From: Nitrospirota bacterium
Lineage (GTDB): Bacteria; Nitrospirota; UBA9217
Assembly (NCBI GenBank): GCA_963790205.1
Contig: CAWBNQ010000003.1
Coordinates: 736,001 to 800,000, forward strand
Direction of reading: 5' to 3'
DNA: 64,000 bases
Shown: piece after piece, positions 39,062 through 48,761 of the stretch
Numbering within the stretch: position 1 is the stretch's first letter
Layout of the letters: each line of letters starts with the position of its first letter
Notes under the pieces: generated by a model
Database searches by the model: none
What the model saw: only the letters and a program-made list of their open reading frames with translations
What the model was told of the DNA's origin: nothing
Made by a program: the position numbers and the translations under genes

Positions 39062-39556
39062 ATGTACAGCGTGGTCACCTCGAGCCCGGAGCAGACCTGG
39101 CGGACGGGCGAACTGCTCGGCGCGCTGCTCGGCCCCGGCGACCTCGTTTGTCTCTATGGCGACCTCGGCGCAGGCAAAACGAGTTTTTCGTACGGCATCG
39201 CCCTGGGGCTCGGAGTCAAGGAACAGTATATAACGAGCCCTACCTTCACGTTCGTGAACGAGTACGAGGGGCGCGTGCCCTTCTATCATATCGACCTTTA
39301 CCGTCTCAAGGACCCCGGGGAGCTGGAGAACATCGGGTTCGGGGAGTATCTCGGTTCCGACGGTGTAACGGTCATTGAATGGGCCGAACGGGCGGAGGAA
39401 GAGCTTCCCGAAGAACGGCTCAGCGTGTATCTCACGTATGTCGATGAAAACAGCCGCGAGCTCGGCTTTCTTGCCGAAGGAGAACGGTATCAGAAGATAT
39501 TGGATGCTTTACAGCAAGGCCTGGGTCAAGAGATGTCCCCGCGCGGGGGACACTGA
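39062..39556 (+). CDS. tsaE: tRNA threonylcarbamoyladenosine biosynthesis ATPase
   Basis: GDLGAGKT, SPTF, HIDLYRL and IEWA motifs. Confidence 0.95.
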   Translation: MYSVVTSSPEQTWRTGELLGALLGPGDLVCLYGDLGAGKTSFSYGIALGLGVKEQYITSPTFTFVNEYEGRVPFYHIDLYRLKDPGELENIGFGEYLGSDGVTVIEWAERAEEELPEERLSVYLTYVDENSRELGFLAEGERYQKILDALQQGLGQEMSPRGGH

Positions 39557-39586
39557 CGTGAACCCTATACCCATGAGCGCTATCCT

Positions 39587-40439
39587 ATGAACAGGTTCGG
39601 CATCATCGCAAAAAACATCCCTGAGGCGCAGAAGGCTGCAAGGAAGCTTGCGTCGTGGCTTGCCTCGCGTCATAAGAAGGTTTTCATAGACAGCGATACC
39701 GCCGCGGCCATAAAAATGCCGGGCCATGAGAGGACCGAGATCGTTTCGCTCGCCGAGATGCTTATCGTGCTGGGCGGCGACGGAACGCTCCTTTCAGCGT
39801 CCCGGCTCGTCGCCGACGCGCACCGGGACGTGCCGATCTTCGGCGTCAACCTGGGGAGCCTGGGGTTCATGGCCGAAGTATCGCTCGACGAGCTCTACGA
39901 CAACCTCGAAAAGGCGATCGCGGGCAAGCTCGCGACCGAGGACCGGATGCTGCTCTCCGCGAGCGTGATCCGCGACAGCCAGGCGCGTGGCCCAATACCG
40001 GGTGCTGAACGACGCGGTGATCAACAAGGGGGCCCTCGCGCGCATGATGGAGCTCAAGATATCGGTGAACGACGGGCACCTGACCACGCTCAGGGCCGAC
40101 GGGCTGATCGTCGCAACGCCGACGGGTTCCACGGCCTATTCCCTTTCCGCGGGCGGTCCCATCATCCATCCCACGATCCACTGTTTTGTCCTGACGCCCA
40201 TCTGTCCGCACACGCTCTCGAACAGGCCGATCGCTCTGCCGGACACCGTGACGGTCACGGTATGTCTTACCTCGCAGAGCGAGGACGTGGCGCTCACGCT
40301 CGACGGGCAGATCGGGTTCCCGTTGGTCCCGCATGACGTGGTGGAGATCAAAAAGTCCCGGTTCAAGATGAAGCTGATAAAACACCCTGCGAAGAGCTAT
40401 TACGAGATCCTGAGGACCAAGCTCAAGTGGGGGAACTGA
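39587..40439 (+). CDS. nadK: NAD kinase, split by a +1 frameshift at ~39980 (probable sequence error)
   Basis: GGDGT and NLGSLGF in the first frame; LNDAV and [20 protein letters not shown] in the second frame. Confidence 0.92.
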
Positions 40440-40488
40440 AATACAGTTCGGAGTTAGGAGCGCGGAGTCCGAGGTTCAAAACCTTATC

Positions 40489-41272
40489 ATGGATGAAATA
40501 CAGCGGGAATTCCTGGATATCGTAACGCAAGTGAGGACCCATCTTGAGTACCAGAGGGCGCTTGGCGTGAGCGCAGTCGAGGTCGAGACGGTTGCGGCGA
40601 AGCCCGTGTCTCCCCCGGCAATCGCTCTTCCCCCGGCGGTCAAGCCGGCAGCAAAAACACAGAAAGAACCCGAACCACAAAAACCCGCTGCTGCAGTCGC
40701 CGGAGGGCTCTCCGCCGTGCGAGAGGAGCTCGGGGACTGCACACGGTGCAAGCTCTGCAAGGGCAGAAAGACCATCGTGTTCGGCGAAGGGGACCCGGAC
40801 GCCGTGCTGGTGTTCGTGGGAGAAGGGCCGGGGCAGGAAGAGGACCAGCAGGGGCGGCCTTTTGTGGGCGCCGCGGGCCAGCTCCTGACGGACATCATCG
40901 TCAAGGGCATGAAGCTCGACCGGGAAGACGTCTACATCTGCAACATCGTAAAGTGCCGTCCGCCCGACAACCGGAATCCCGAGCCGGATGAGATCGAGGC
41001 CTGCGAGCCCTTTCCTGATAAAGCAGCTCCGGGCGATCAAGCCGAAAATGATCGTCGCGCTCGGGAACGTCGCCGTCAAGACCCTGCTCAAAACCAAAGA
41101 GGGGATCACCAAGCTGCGCGGCACGTGGAAGACCTATCAGGGGATACCGCTTATGCCCACGTTCCATCCGGCGTACCTGCTCAGAAACCCGTCGGACAAA
41201 AAACTCGTCTGGGAAGACATCAAGAAGGTCCTGGCAGAGATGGAGAAGCTAACGAAAGGAAGTAAGGAGTAG
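40489..41272 (+). CDS. Uracil-DNA glycosylase family 4, split by a +1 frameshift at ~41010 (probable sequence error)
   Basis: CTRC.L, GEGPG, PFVG and KCRPP.NR.P in the first frame; TFHPAYLLR in the second frame. Confidence 0.9.
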
Positions 41273-41341
41273 ACGGCAAGCGGCAAGCAGAAAATTTATC
41301 CGCCTGCTGCCTACCGGTTACTGCATACGGTCTGCAAAACT

Positions 41342-41836
41342 ATGGACCACCTCTGGGCGCCCTGGCGGATGGGGTATATCGCGAACAACTCGAAAAATCA
41401 TGAAGGCTGCTTTCTCTGCGAGTCGCTGAAGCGGAATGACGACCGGAAGAACTATGTCCTGTACCGCGGCAGGCATTCCTGCGTCATCATGAACCTCTAT
41501 CCCTATAACAACGGCCACCTCCTGGTCGTCCCGTATGCGCACGTTCCGGACATGAACGCGCTGCCGATCGAAGCATTGACGGACCTTATGAAGCGCGCCC
41601 AGGACTCGCTCAACGCGCTGAAGCAGGACATGAACCCCGAGGGGTTCAACGTCGGCATCAATATCGGGAAGGTCGCCGGCGCGGGACTGCCCGAGCATAT
41701 GCATATCCAGATCGTACCGCGCTGGACGGGAGACACGAGCTATTTAACGGTCTTCGATGAAACGCGCGTGATGCCGGAGCTTCTCGACGGGACCTATAAG
41801 AGGCTGAGACCGTATTTTGAGAAGATCAAGGGTTGA
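41342..41836 (+). CDS. HIT family hydrolase (Ap4A phosphorylase-like)
   Basis: LWAPWR, CFLC, NLYPYNNGHL and HMHIQIVPRW motifs. Confidence 0.9.
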   Translation: MDHLWAPWRMGYIANNSKNHEGCFLCESLKRNDDRKNYVLYRGRHSCVIMNLYPYNNGHLLVVPYAHVPDMNALPIEALTDLMKRAQDSLNALKQDMNPEGFNVGINIGKVAGAGLPEHMHIQIVPRWTGDTSYLTVFDETRVMPELLDGTYKRLRPYFEKIKG

Positions 41837-41863
41837 ACTTTTGTAATTAACCAGGTCATTTTT

Positions 41864-41952
41864 TTATCCGCAGATTACGCAGATTTCGCAGATAAAAGCA
41901 AATCCGAATCCTGGTTTTAAAATCTGCGTCCATCTGCGTAATCTGCGGGTTG
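41864..41952. repeat. Nonamer palindromic element
   Basis: CCGCAGATTACGCAGATTTCGCAGAT...ATCCTGGTTTT...ATCTGCGTCCATCTGCGTAATCTGCGG. Confidence 0.9.
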
Positions 41953-42017
41953 ACGGCCTGAGTTGATTTTTCCCTGAGCATGTTTCAATTTTTTTACAAA
42001 AGAGCCCCGTAAATCAC

Positions 42018-44708
42018 ATGACCGACCTGACCCCCCTCATGAAGCAGTACCGCGATATCAAGCGCGAACACCTGGACGCGATCCTGCTCTTCCGCATGGG
42101 CGATTTCTACGAGATGTTCGACCAGGACGCGGTGACGGCTTCCAAGGTCCTCGAGATCACGCTCACGGCGCGCAACAAGTCGAAGGGCATCGAGACGCCG
42201 CTCTGCGGGTTCCCGTACCATGCGGCGGAAGGGTACATCGCCAAGCTCATTCGGCGCGGCTTCAAGGTCGCCGTCTGCGAGCAGGTGGAGGACCCGAAGC
42301 TCGCGAAGGGGATCGTGAAGCGCGAAGTGATCCGGGTGGTGACGCCGGGCACGGTGCTCGACTCCAACCTGCTCGACGCCAAGGACAACAACTACCTCGC
42401 CTCCCTCTATCCCGCACAGGACGGTTTCGGGCTCTCGTTTCTCGACATCTCCACGGGCGGTTTTTTCATGGCCGAAGTGGCCGGCGCCGGCAATCTCGCC
42501 GAGCTCGACACCATGCTCGCCCGTTTCACGCCCCGGGAGATCGTTCTGCCCAAGGGACTTCAGATCGACGCCGGACTTTCAGGATTGCTGCGGCAGTACA
42601 CGCAGGCCGTCAATACGTACGACGACTGGACCTTTGACCGGGACACGGCCCTCCGGACGCTCCTCGATCACTTTAAGGTCTCCTCGCTGGAGGGCTTCGG
42701 CTGCAGCGGCATGAAACACGGCGTCTCCGCCGCGGGCGCCGCGCTCAGATATATCGGGGAAACGCAGAAAACGGGCCTTGCGAACATAGCCCGGATACGA
42801 CCGTTCCTCGCCCGGGAATACATGGTCCTCGACGCCTCCTGCCAGCGCAACCTCGAACTCGTCAAAAACATTTATGACGGCACATCAAAAGGGACGCTGC
42901 TGTCCGTGCTCGACTTCACCGTCACCTCCATGGGAGGGAGAAAACTGCGCGAATGGCTGCTGAACCCCCTTATGAACGCGGCTGAGATCGAGCACCGGCT
43001 CGATGCGGCAACGGAGTTCAAAAACGATCACCAGCTCCGGTCCGGACTCCGGACGGCGCTCGCCGCCGTATACGACCTCGAGCGGCTCATCAGCCGCGTC
43101 TCGCTCGGCGCGGCGAATGCGCGGGACCTCATCGCTCTCAAGCAGTCTTTTTCGGCATTGCCGGACATCAGGCGACTGTTGTCCCAATGCGAGTCGAGGC
43201 CGGTTTTCGACATGGTTTCCGGGTGGGACGGGCTTGAGGACGTATTCGAGCTCATCGACAAGTCCGTCCACGACGATCCCCCCTACACCCTGCGGGAAGG
43301 AAAACTGATCAAGAAAGGGTTCAACGCCGAGCTCGACGAGCTGCGTTCCATCAGCTCGGAAGGAAAAGGCTGGATCGCCGGCATCGAGCTGCGCGAGCGG
43401 GAGCGCACGGGCATCAATTCGCTCAAGGTGAGCTATAACAGGGTCTTCGGATACTATATCGAGGTCACGAAGACGAACCTGGCGAACGTGCCTCTGGATT
43501 TTATCCGCAAACAGACGCTCGCGAACGCCGAGCGGTTCATCACGCCGGAACTCAAGGAATATGAGGACAAGGTCCTGGGCGCCGAGGAGAAGATCCTCGA
43601 CCTGGAGTACCGTTTGTTCCAGCAGGTGCGGGAATTGGTGGCCGCCTCGACCGTCCGGATCCAGGACATGGCGCGGCGGCTTGCCGTTCTTGACTGTTTC
43701 GCCTCGCTGGCCGAGGCCGCGGCCAAGAACAATTATGCGCGACCGGTCATTCTTGAGAGCGACGTGCTCAAGATCAGCGAGGGCAGGCACCCGGTGCTCG
43801 AACAGCTCTCGCTCGAAGAGCGCTTCATTCCGAACGATACGCTGCTCGATTGCGAGGAGAACCAGCTCATAATCCTTACCGGGCCGAACATGGCGGGCAA
43901 ATCCACGTACATGCGGCAGGTCGCGGTGATCACGCTCATGGCGCAGATGGGCGGCTTTGTGCCCGCGCGCGAGGCGCAGGTGGGCCTCGTGGACCGGATC
44001 TTCACGCGCGTGGGGGCGTCGGATTTCATCACGCGCGGCCAGAGCACCTTCATGGTCGAGATGAACGAGACCGCGAACATCCTGAACAACGCCACCGACC
44101 GGAGTCTCATCATCCTGGACGAGATCGGCAGGGGGACCAGCACGTTCGACGGCATCAGCATTGCCTGGGCCGTGGCCGAGTACATTCACACGAAGCTCAG
44201 GGCGCGGACCCTCTTTGCGACGCACTATCACGAGCTTGCCGAGCTCAGCCTCACCATGGACCGCGTAAAGAACTATACCGTGGCCATTAAAGAGTGGAAC
44301 GACCAGATCATTTTTCTCCGCCGCGTCGTCGAAGGCGGGGCGGACAAATCCTACGGCATTCAGGTGGCCCGGCTCGCGGGGCTTCCCCCGGCGGTGATCC
44401 AGCGGGCCCGGGAAGTGCTGGCGAACCTCGAGAAGGCCGAGTTCAACGATCTCGGCGAGCCCGTGGCGGCATCGAAGGGCGGAGCGGGAGACGCGGGGAG
44501 CGGAAAACGCGGGGACAAGGACATTACAACCGGAAAATCCGGCGGGGAGGAAGCGGTTATGCCGCAGCTCGGCCTGTTCGCGAGCGATGCGGGGCTGTTG
44601 TTTAAAGAGATCGCGGACCTGGAACTCGACAGCATGACCCCCCTCGATGCCATGAACAAGCTGCACGAACTGAAAAAGAAGGTGAACGGCGGCGGAGCGT
44701 CGGGATAA
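42018..44708 (+). CDS. mutS: DNA mismatch repair protein MutS
   Basis: FRMGDFYE, TGPNMAGKSTY, DEIGRGTS and ATHYHEL motifs. Confidence 0.97.
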   Translation: MTDLTPLMKQYRDIKREHLDAILLFRMGDFYEMFDQDAVTASKVLEITLTARNKSKGIETPLCGFPYHAAEGYIAKLIRRGFKVAVCEQVEDPKLAKGIVKREVIRVVTPGTVLDSNLLDAKDNNYLASLYPAQDGFGLSFLDISTGGFFMAEVAGAGNLAELDTMLARFTPREIVLPKGLQIDAGLSGLLRQYTQAVNTYDDWTFDRDTALRTLLDHFKVSSLEGFGCSGMKHGVSAAGAALRYIGETQKTGLANIARIRPFLAREYMVLDASCQRNLELVKNIYDGTSKGTLLSVLDFTVTSMGGRKLREWLLNPLMNAAEIEHRLDAATEFKNDHQLRSGLRTALAAVYDLERLISRVSLGAANARDLIALKQSFSALPDIRRLLSQCESRPVFDMVSGWDGLEDVFELIDKSVHDDPPYTLREGKLIKKGFNAELDELRSISSEGKGWIAGIELRERERTGINSLKVSYNRVFGYYIEVTKTNLANVPLDFIRKQTLANAERFITPELKEYEDKVLGAEEKILDLEYRLFQQVRELVAASTVRIQDMARRLAVLDCFASLAEAAAKNNYARPVILESDVLKISEGRHPVLEQLSLEERFIPNDTLLDCEENQLIILTGPNMAGKSTYMRQVAVITLMAQMGGFVPAREAQVGLVDRIFTRVGASDFITRGQSTFMVEMNETANILNNATDRSLIILDEIGRGTSTFDGISIAWAVAEYIHTKLRARTLFATHYHELAELSLTMDRVKNYTVAIKEWNDQIIFLRRVVEGGADKSYGIQVARLAGLPPAVIQRAREVLANLEKAEFNDLGEPVAASKGGAGDAGSGKRGDKDITTGKSGGEEAVMPQLGLFASDAGLLFKEIADLELDSMTPLDAMNKLHELKKKVNGGGASG

Positions 44709-44824
44709 GAGAAGACTGACGGAAGGCGCGCCGGATGAAGAAACAGCGCCGCCATGCCGGGTAACGCCTGATGCTCCCCCGGCAAGACGGTCCAACCGGA
44801 CGGACCGTGCGAAGAAATTCCTTA

Positions 44825-44854
44825 TTGACACTTTACCCCCCTTTCTGGTAGTAT
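44825..44854 (+). promoter_or_regulatory. Sigma-70-type promoter for rplI
   Basis: TTGACA-N18-TAGTAT with a TG extension. Confidence 0.55.
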
Positions 44855-44893
44855 CGTGCCACTATCACGTGTTCGAAAGGAGCAGTCTCGTCA

Positions 44894-45340
44894 ATGCAGG
44901 TAATATTAAGGGAAGATATTGATAATTTGGGCAAGATCGGCGATCTGGTGAAGGTGGCCGACGGTTATGCCAGGAACTTCCTCGTGCCCAACAAAAAGGC
45001 GATCGAGGCCACGCCGAAAAACGTCCACGCCATGGACCATGCGAAGAAAATGGTCTCTGACCGCATCCGCAAGCTGAAAAAGGAAGCGGCCGCCGATGCC
45101 GACAGGATCAAGGCCCTCGCGATCACCATCAAGGCCAAGTCCGGGGAAGAAGGCAAGCTCTTCGGCGCCGTGACGTCCATGGACATCGCCGAGGCCATGA
45201 AGGCCCAGGGCGTTGCCGTCGACAAGAGAAAGATCGTTCTCGATGAGCCGATCAAGCGGCTGGGAGATTTTACGGTCGCCGTAAAACTGCATGCCGATGT
45301 CACGGCTGAATTCAAGCTGTCGGTTATCGCGGAAGAGTAG
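44894..45340 (+). CDS. rplI: 50S ribosomal protein L9
   Basis: MQVIL..LG..G..VKVADGYARNFL and GKLFGAVT motifs. Confidence 0.97.
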   Translation: MQVILREDIDNLGKIGDLVKVADGYARNFLVPNKKAIEATPKNVHAMDHAKKMVSDRIRKLKKEAAADADRIKALAITIKAKSGEEGKLFGAVTSMDIAEAMKAQGVAVDKRKIVLDEPIKRLGDFTVAVKLHADVTAEFKLSVIAEE

Positions 45341-45390
45341 GCTCCAGCCTGCTGTGAACGCTGCTTAGTTTTTGAATATTCATTCTCTTG

Positions 45391-45420
45391 AGGCTGGTGC
45401 CCGCACCAGCCTTCATTTTT
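45391..45420 (+). terminator. Putative intrinsic terminator/attenuator between rplI and dnaB
   Basis: AGGCTGGTG-CCCG-CACCAGCCT followed by TCATTTTT. Confidence 0.5.
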
Positions 45421-45451
45421 CCATTCCCTGCAGGTTTCTCGAGGGTGTTCT

Positions 45452-46849
45452 ATGTCCGTCCAGACTGAAGTGTCCCTTCAAAAGCTCCCTCCCCAGAACA
45501 TAGAGGCCGAGCAAATGGTGCTCGGCGCCGTCCTCATTGAAAACGATTCCATGAACAAGGTCATCGATCTCCTGTCTCCCGACGATTTCTATAAGGACAC
45601 GCACCGCCGGATCTTTATGGCCATGATCGACATGTTCGAGACCGGAGAGGCGATCGACCTGATAACGCTGACCGACACGCTCCGCGGCAAGGTGGGCCTC
45701 GAGGCCGTGGGCGGCGCGTCCTATCTTGCGTACCTCGTGAGCCTCGTCCCTACCTCGGCGAACATACGGAATCACGCACGGATCGTGCGCGAAAAAGCCG
45801 TCCTGCGGAAGCTCATCCATACGGCCACCGATATCATTACCCAGAGCTATGACGATTCGCGCACCGTGGTCAATATCGACGAACTCCTGGACCGGGCTGA
45901 AAAAGCCATTTTCGAGATCGCCCAGAAGAAGATCAAGGATGCCTTTGTTTCCATGAAGAACATCGTGGGCCACAGCTTCGCGATCGTCGAGCGGCTCTAC
46001 GAGCGCAAAGAGATGGTCACCGGCCTTCCGACCGGCTTTGTCGACCTCGATGAGCGGACCTCCGGGCTGCAGCCGAGCGACCTCATCATCGTGGCCGGCC
46101 GGCCCTCCATGGGCAAGACGGCGTTCTGCCTCAACATCGCCGCCTATGCCGCCATCGAGAAGAGAAAGTCCGTCGCGATATTCAGCCTCGAAATGTCCAA
46201 GGAGCAGCTCGTGCTCCGTCTCCTGGGTTCCGAGTCGCGGGTGGATGCGCACAAACTGCGGACCGGCCACCTGTCCGAGCGCGACTGGCCCCCGCTTTCC
46301 AACGCGGCCGGCAGGCTGGCGGACGCGCCGATCTTTATCGACGATACGGCCGCGATCTCGGTGCTCGAGACGCGGGCCAAGGCGCGGAGGCTCAAGGCGG
46401 ACCAGGGCCTGGACCTGGTCATCGTCGACTACCTCCAGCTCATGCGCGGCAGGGGCGACGAAGGCAGCCGCGAACAGGAAATATCCAATATCTCGCGTTC
46501 GCTCAAGGCGCTGGCCAAGGAGCTCCAGGTCCCGGTCATCGCGCTCTCTCAGCTCAACCGCGCCGTGGAGACCCGTCCGGGCAAGGAAAAGAGGCCTTTG
46601 CTCGCCGACCTCCGCGAATCCGGCGCTATCGAGCAGGACGCGGACGTGATCTTATTCATCTACCGGGACGAGGTCTATAACAAGTGCGAATGCCCCCACG
46701 ACGGCGAATGTCTGTGCGGCCAGCGGGGCAAGGCCGAAGTGGTCATCGGAAAGCAGAGGAACGGCCCGATCGGAAAAGTCGATCTGACCTTCGTCAACCG
46801 GTACACGCGGTTCGAGAACGCCGAAAAACAGCACGGCATCGGCCAGTAG
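45452..46849 (+). CDS. dnaB: Replicative DNA helicase
   Basis: AGRPSMGKT, FSLEM, VDYLQL, LSQLNR, DLRESGAIEQDAD and KQRNG motifs. Confidence 0.97.
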   Translation: MSVQTEVSLQKLPPQNIEAEQMVLGAVLIENDSMNKVIDLLSPDDFYKDTHRRIFMAMIDMFETGEAIDLITLTDTLRGKVGLEAVGGASYLAYLVSLVPTSANIRNHARIVREKAVLRKLIHTATDIITQSYDDSRTVVNIDELLDRAEKAIFEIAQKKIKDAFVSMKNIVGHSFAIVERLYERKEMVTGLPTGFVDLDERTSGLQPSDLIIVAGRPSMGKTAFCLNIAAYAAIEKRKSVAIFSLEMSKEQLVLRLLGSESRVDAHKLRTGHLSERDWPPLSNAAGRLADAPIFIDDTAAISVLETRAKARRLKADQGLDLVIVDYLQLMRGRGDEGSREQEISNISRSLKALAKELQVPVIALSQLNRAVETRPGKEKRPLLADLRESGAIEQDADVILFIYRDEVYNKCECPHDGECLCGQRGKAEVVIGKQRNGPIGKVDLTFVNRYTRFENAEKQHGIGQ

Positions 46850-46994
46850 CGCATCGGCGGAGCGGCAGGGGCATTCGATACCGCGAAACAGGATCACGCG
46901 TGCGGGCGCCGTTCTTCCATACCTTTCCTGGTTTTTTCTTTGATCTGCGACATTGACCGGTCAACCCTTTCACATCAATCAAGGAGGACTCCCC

Positions 46995-47777
46995 TTGGCT
47001 TCGGAAAAAGCGGCGATCAGCGATAAAGTTCAGAAGTACCTGGATAGATCAGACTGGAAATCAGCGGTCGGGGAGATGGAAAAATTGTTCGCCGTCGACC
47101 CCGACCCTATCGTGCGGGTGCGCATGGGCGATGCATACCAGAAGCTCAGCCGGAAAGGCGAAGCGGTGAAGGAGTACATACGCGCCGCGGACCTGTACGC
47201 TGAAAAGGGGTTTGTGGTCAAGGCCCTTGCCCAGTACAAGCTCGCCCAGCGGGTCGACCCGTCGAACAAAGAGGCGCAGAAAAAGATGGAGGGGCTCCAT
47301 TCCCACAAGACGGTCTCCGAGTTCAAGCTCGAGCCGATCATGGACGGCGAGGAACAGCCTTCGCGGAGCGTCATCCCGCTCTTCTCCGATCTTACGCAGG
47401 AGGAATTCAACGAATTCACGAAGCGCATGATCATCCATACGCTGCCGCCGGGGAAACCGATCGTGCGGGAAGGCGAGGCCGGCAGTTCGGTTTTCATACT
47501 CACCCGCGGGACCGTAAAGGTTTATTCTACAATTCAGAACAAGCGGGTCGACCTCGCCGTGCTCCAGCCCAGCGATTTCTTCGGCGAGATCGCGTTCCTT
47601 ACGGGCAGACCCCGGACGGCCACGGTCGAGGCGGTGGAAACAACGGACGTGCTCGAGGTGGCCGAAGAAGACCTCAGGGACATGATCCAGAAGTGGCCGC
47701 GCATCAAGCAGGTGCTGCAGAATTATTACGAAGAACGCGTCAAGAGCACCATGGAAAAAGTGAAAGGCGTGCTGTAA
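46995..47777 (+). CDS. TPR-like plus cyclic nucleotide-binding domain protein (paralogue 1)
   Basis: Helical N-terminal repeats; FFGEIAFLTGRPRTATV phosphate-binding cassette; RBS AAGGAGG before TTG. Confidence 0.85.
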   Translation: MASEKAAISDKVQKYLDRSDWKSAVGEMEKLFAVDPDPIVRVRMGDAYQKLSRKGEAVKEYIRAADLYAEKGFVVKALAQYKLAQRVDPSNKEAQKKMEGLHSHKTVSEFKLEPIMDGEEQPSRSVIPLFSDLTQEEFNEFTKRMIIHTLPPGKPIVREGEAGSSVFILTRGTVKVYSTIQNKRVDLAVLQPSDFFGEIAFLTGRPRTATVEAVETTDVLEVAEEDLRDMIQKWPRIKQVLQNYYEERVKSTMEKVKGVL

Positions 47778-47889
47778 CAGGGCGGAAGTCGAGAAGGGAG
47801 GAAGATACGAAAATGAGACGAACTGCTTGTGGTACTCACCTTCTTGACTTCTCACGTTCCTACCTTCGGTCGGCAGACTGGAGCCTCGT

Positions 47890-48678
47890 ATGCCATCGGA
47901 TAAAGCGCAGTTGATCGACAGCATCCAGGAGCATTTCAGAAAATCCGACTGGAAGGCGGCGGTGGCGGACATGGAGAAGCTGTATGCCCTCGATCCCGAC
48001 CCCATCATCCGCGTCCGGATCGGCGATGCTTACCAGAAGCTGAGCCGGAAGGCCGAGGCGGTACAGGAATACCTGCGCGCAGCCGATAGGTACGCGGCCG
48101 CCGGGGCCGTGGTCAAAGCGCTGGCGCAGTACAAGCTTGCGCTGCGGCTCGAACCGGCAAGCGCTCAGGCCCAGGAACGGATCGAGGCGCTCCACTCGAA
48201 CAGGACCGTGAAGGAAAACAAGGCGGAACCGGTGGAGCAGGGCGCCCGGAAGCCCGCCGGCAGCGTCATTCCTCTCTTTGCCGGGTTTACGCAGGAGGAG
48301 TTCAATGCCTTTACAAAGGTCATGAACGTTCACCCCCTGCCGGGAGGCCTTCCCATCATCGAGCAGCACGATACCGGAAAATCGGTTTATATCATTGCGA
48401 ACGGCTCCGTGAAGGTCTATGCCACGCTCCTGTCCGGCGAACGGGTCGAGCTCGCCGTGCTCTGGCCCGGCGATTTCTTCGGGGAAATGTCCTTCCTGAC
48501 CGGCAAGCCCCGCACTGCGACGGTGGAGACCGCCGAAGACTCGGTCATTCTCGAGGTTACCGAGGACCAGCTCCGCGAGGTGGCGGCCCAGAGGCCCCGT
48601 GTGCTGGATGTGCTCCGGCAATATTCAGAGCTGCGGACCAAAGGCACGAGGGAAAAGATCCAGGAGTCCGGCAAGTAA
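47890..48678 (+). CDS. TPR-like plus cyclic nucleotide-binding domain protein (paralogue 2)
   Basis: Same architecture; FFGEMSFLTGKPRTATV. Confidence 0.85.
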   Translation: MPSDKAQLIDSIQEHFRKSDWKAAVADMEKLYALDPDPIIRVRIGDAYQKLSRKAEAVQEYLRAADRYAAAGAVVKALAQYKLALRLEPASAQAQERIEALHSNRTVKENKAEPVEQGARKPAGSVIPLFAGFTQEEFNAFTKVMNVHPLPGGLPIIEQHDTGKSVYIIANGSVKVYATLLSGERVELAVLWPGDFFGEMSFLTGKPRTATVETAEDSVILEVTEDQLREVAAQRPRVLDVLRQYSELRTKGTREKIQESGK

Positions 48679-48685
48679 CCCCGGG

Positions 48686-48740
48686 AAAGCAGGTTGAGGT
48701 TAAGGTTTAGGTTCTCTTAGCCTCAGCCTTAACTTAGCCA
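48686..48740. repeat. Hexamer palindromic repeat (related copies at 36817-36856 and 49664-49684)
   Basis: AAAGCAGGTTGAGGTTAAGGTTTAGG...CTTAGCCTCAGCCTTAAC. Confidence 0.7.
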
Positions 48741-48761
48741 CATTGCCTCATTGAGACGCCT

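Noticed and set aside
2370..41272. Calling lon, nadK and udg true pseudogenes
   Set aside because: Each has a single 1-nt insertion with no further decay and intact catalytic motifs; a sequence error is more parsimonious
2331..44831. Long antisense ORFs opposite lon, glpD, mutS and other genes (e.g. 2331-4232, 30494-32200, 42885-44831)
   Set aside because: Typical stop-poor shadow frames of high-GC coding sequence; the sense-strand genes carry the recognisable motifs
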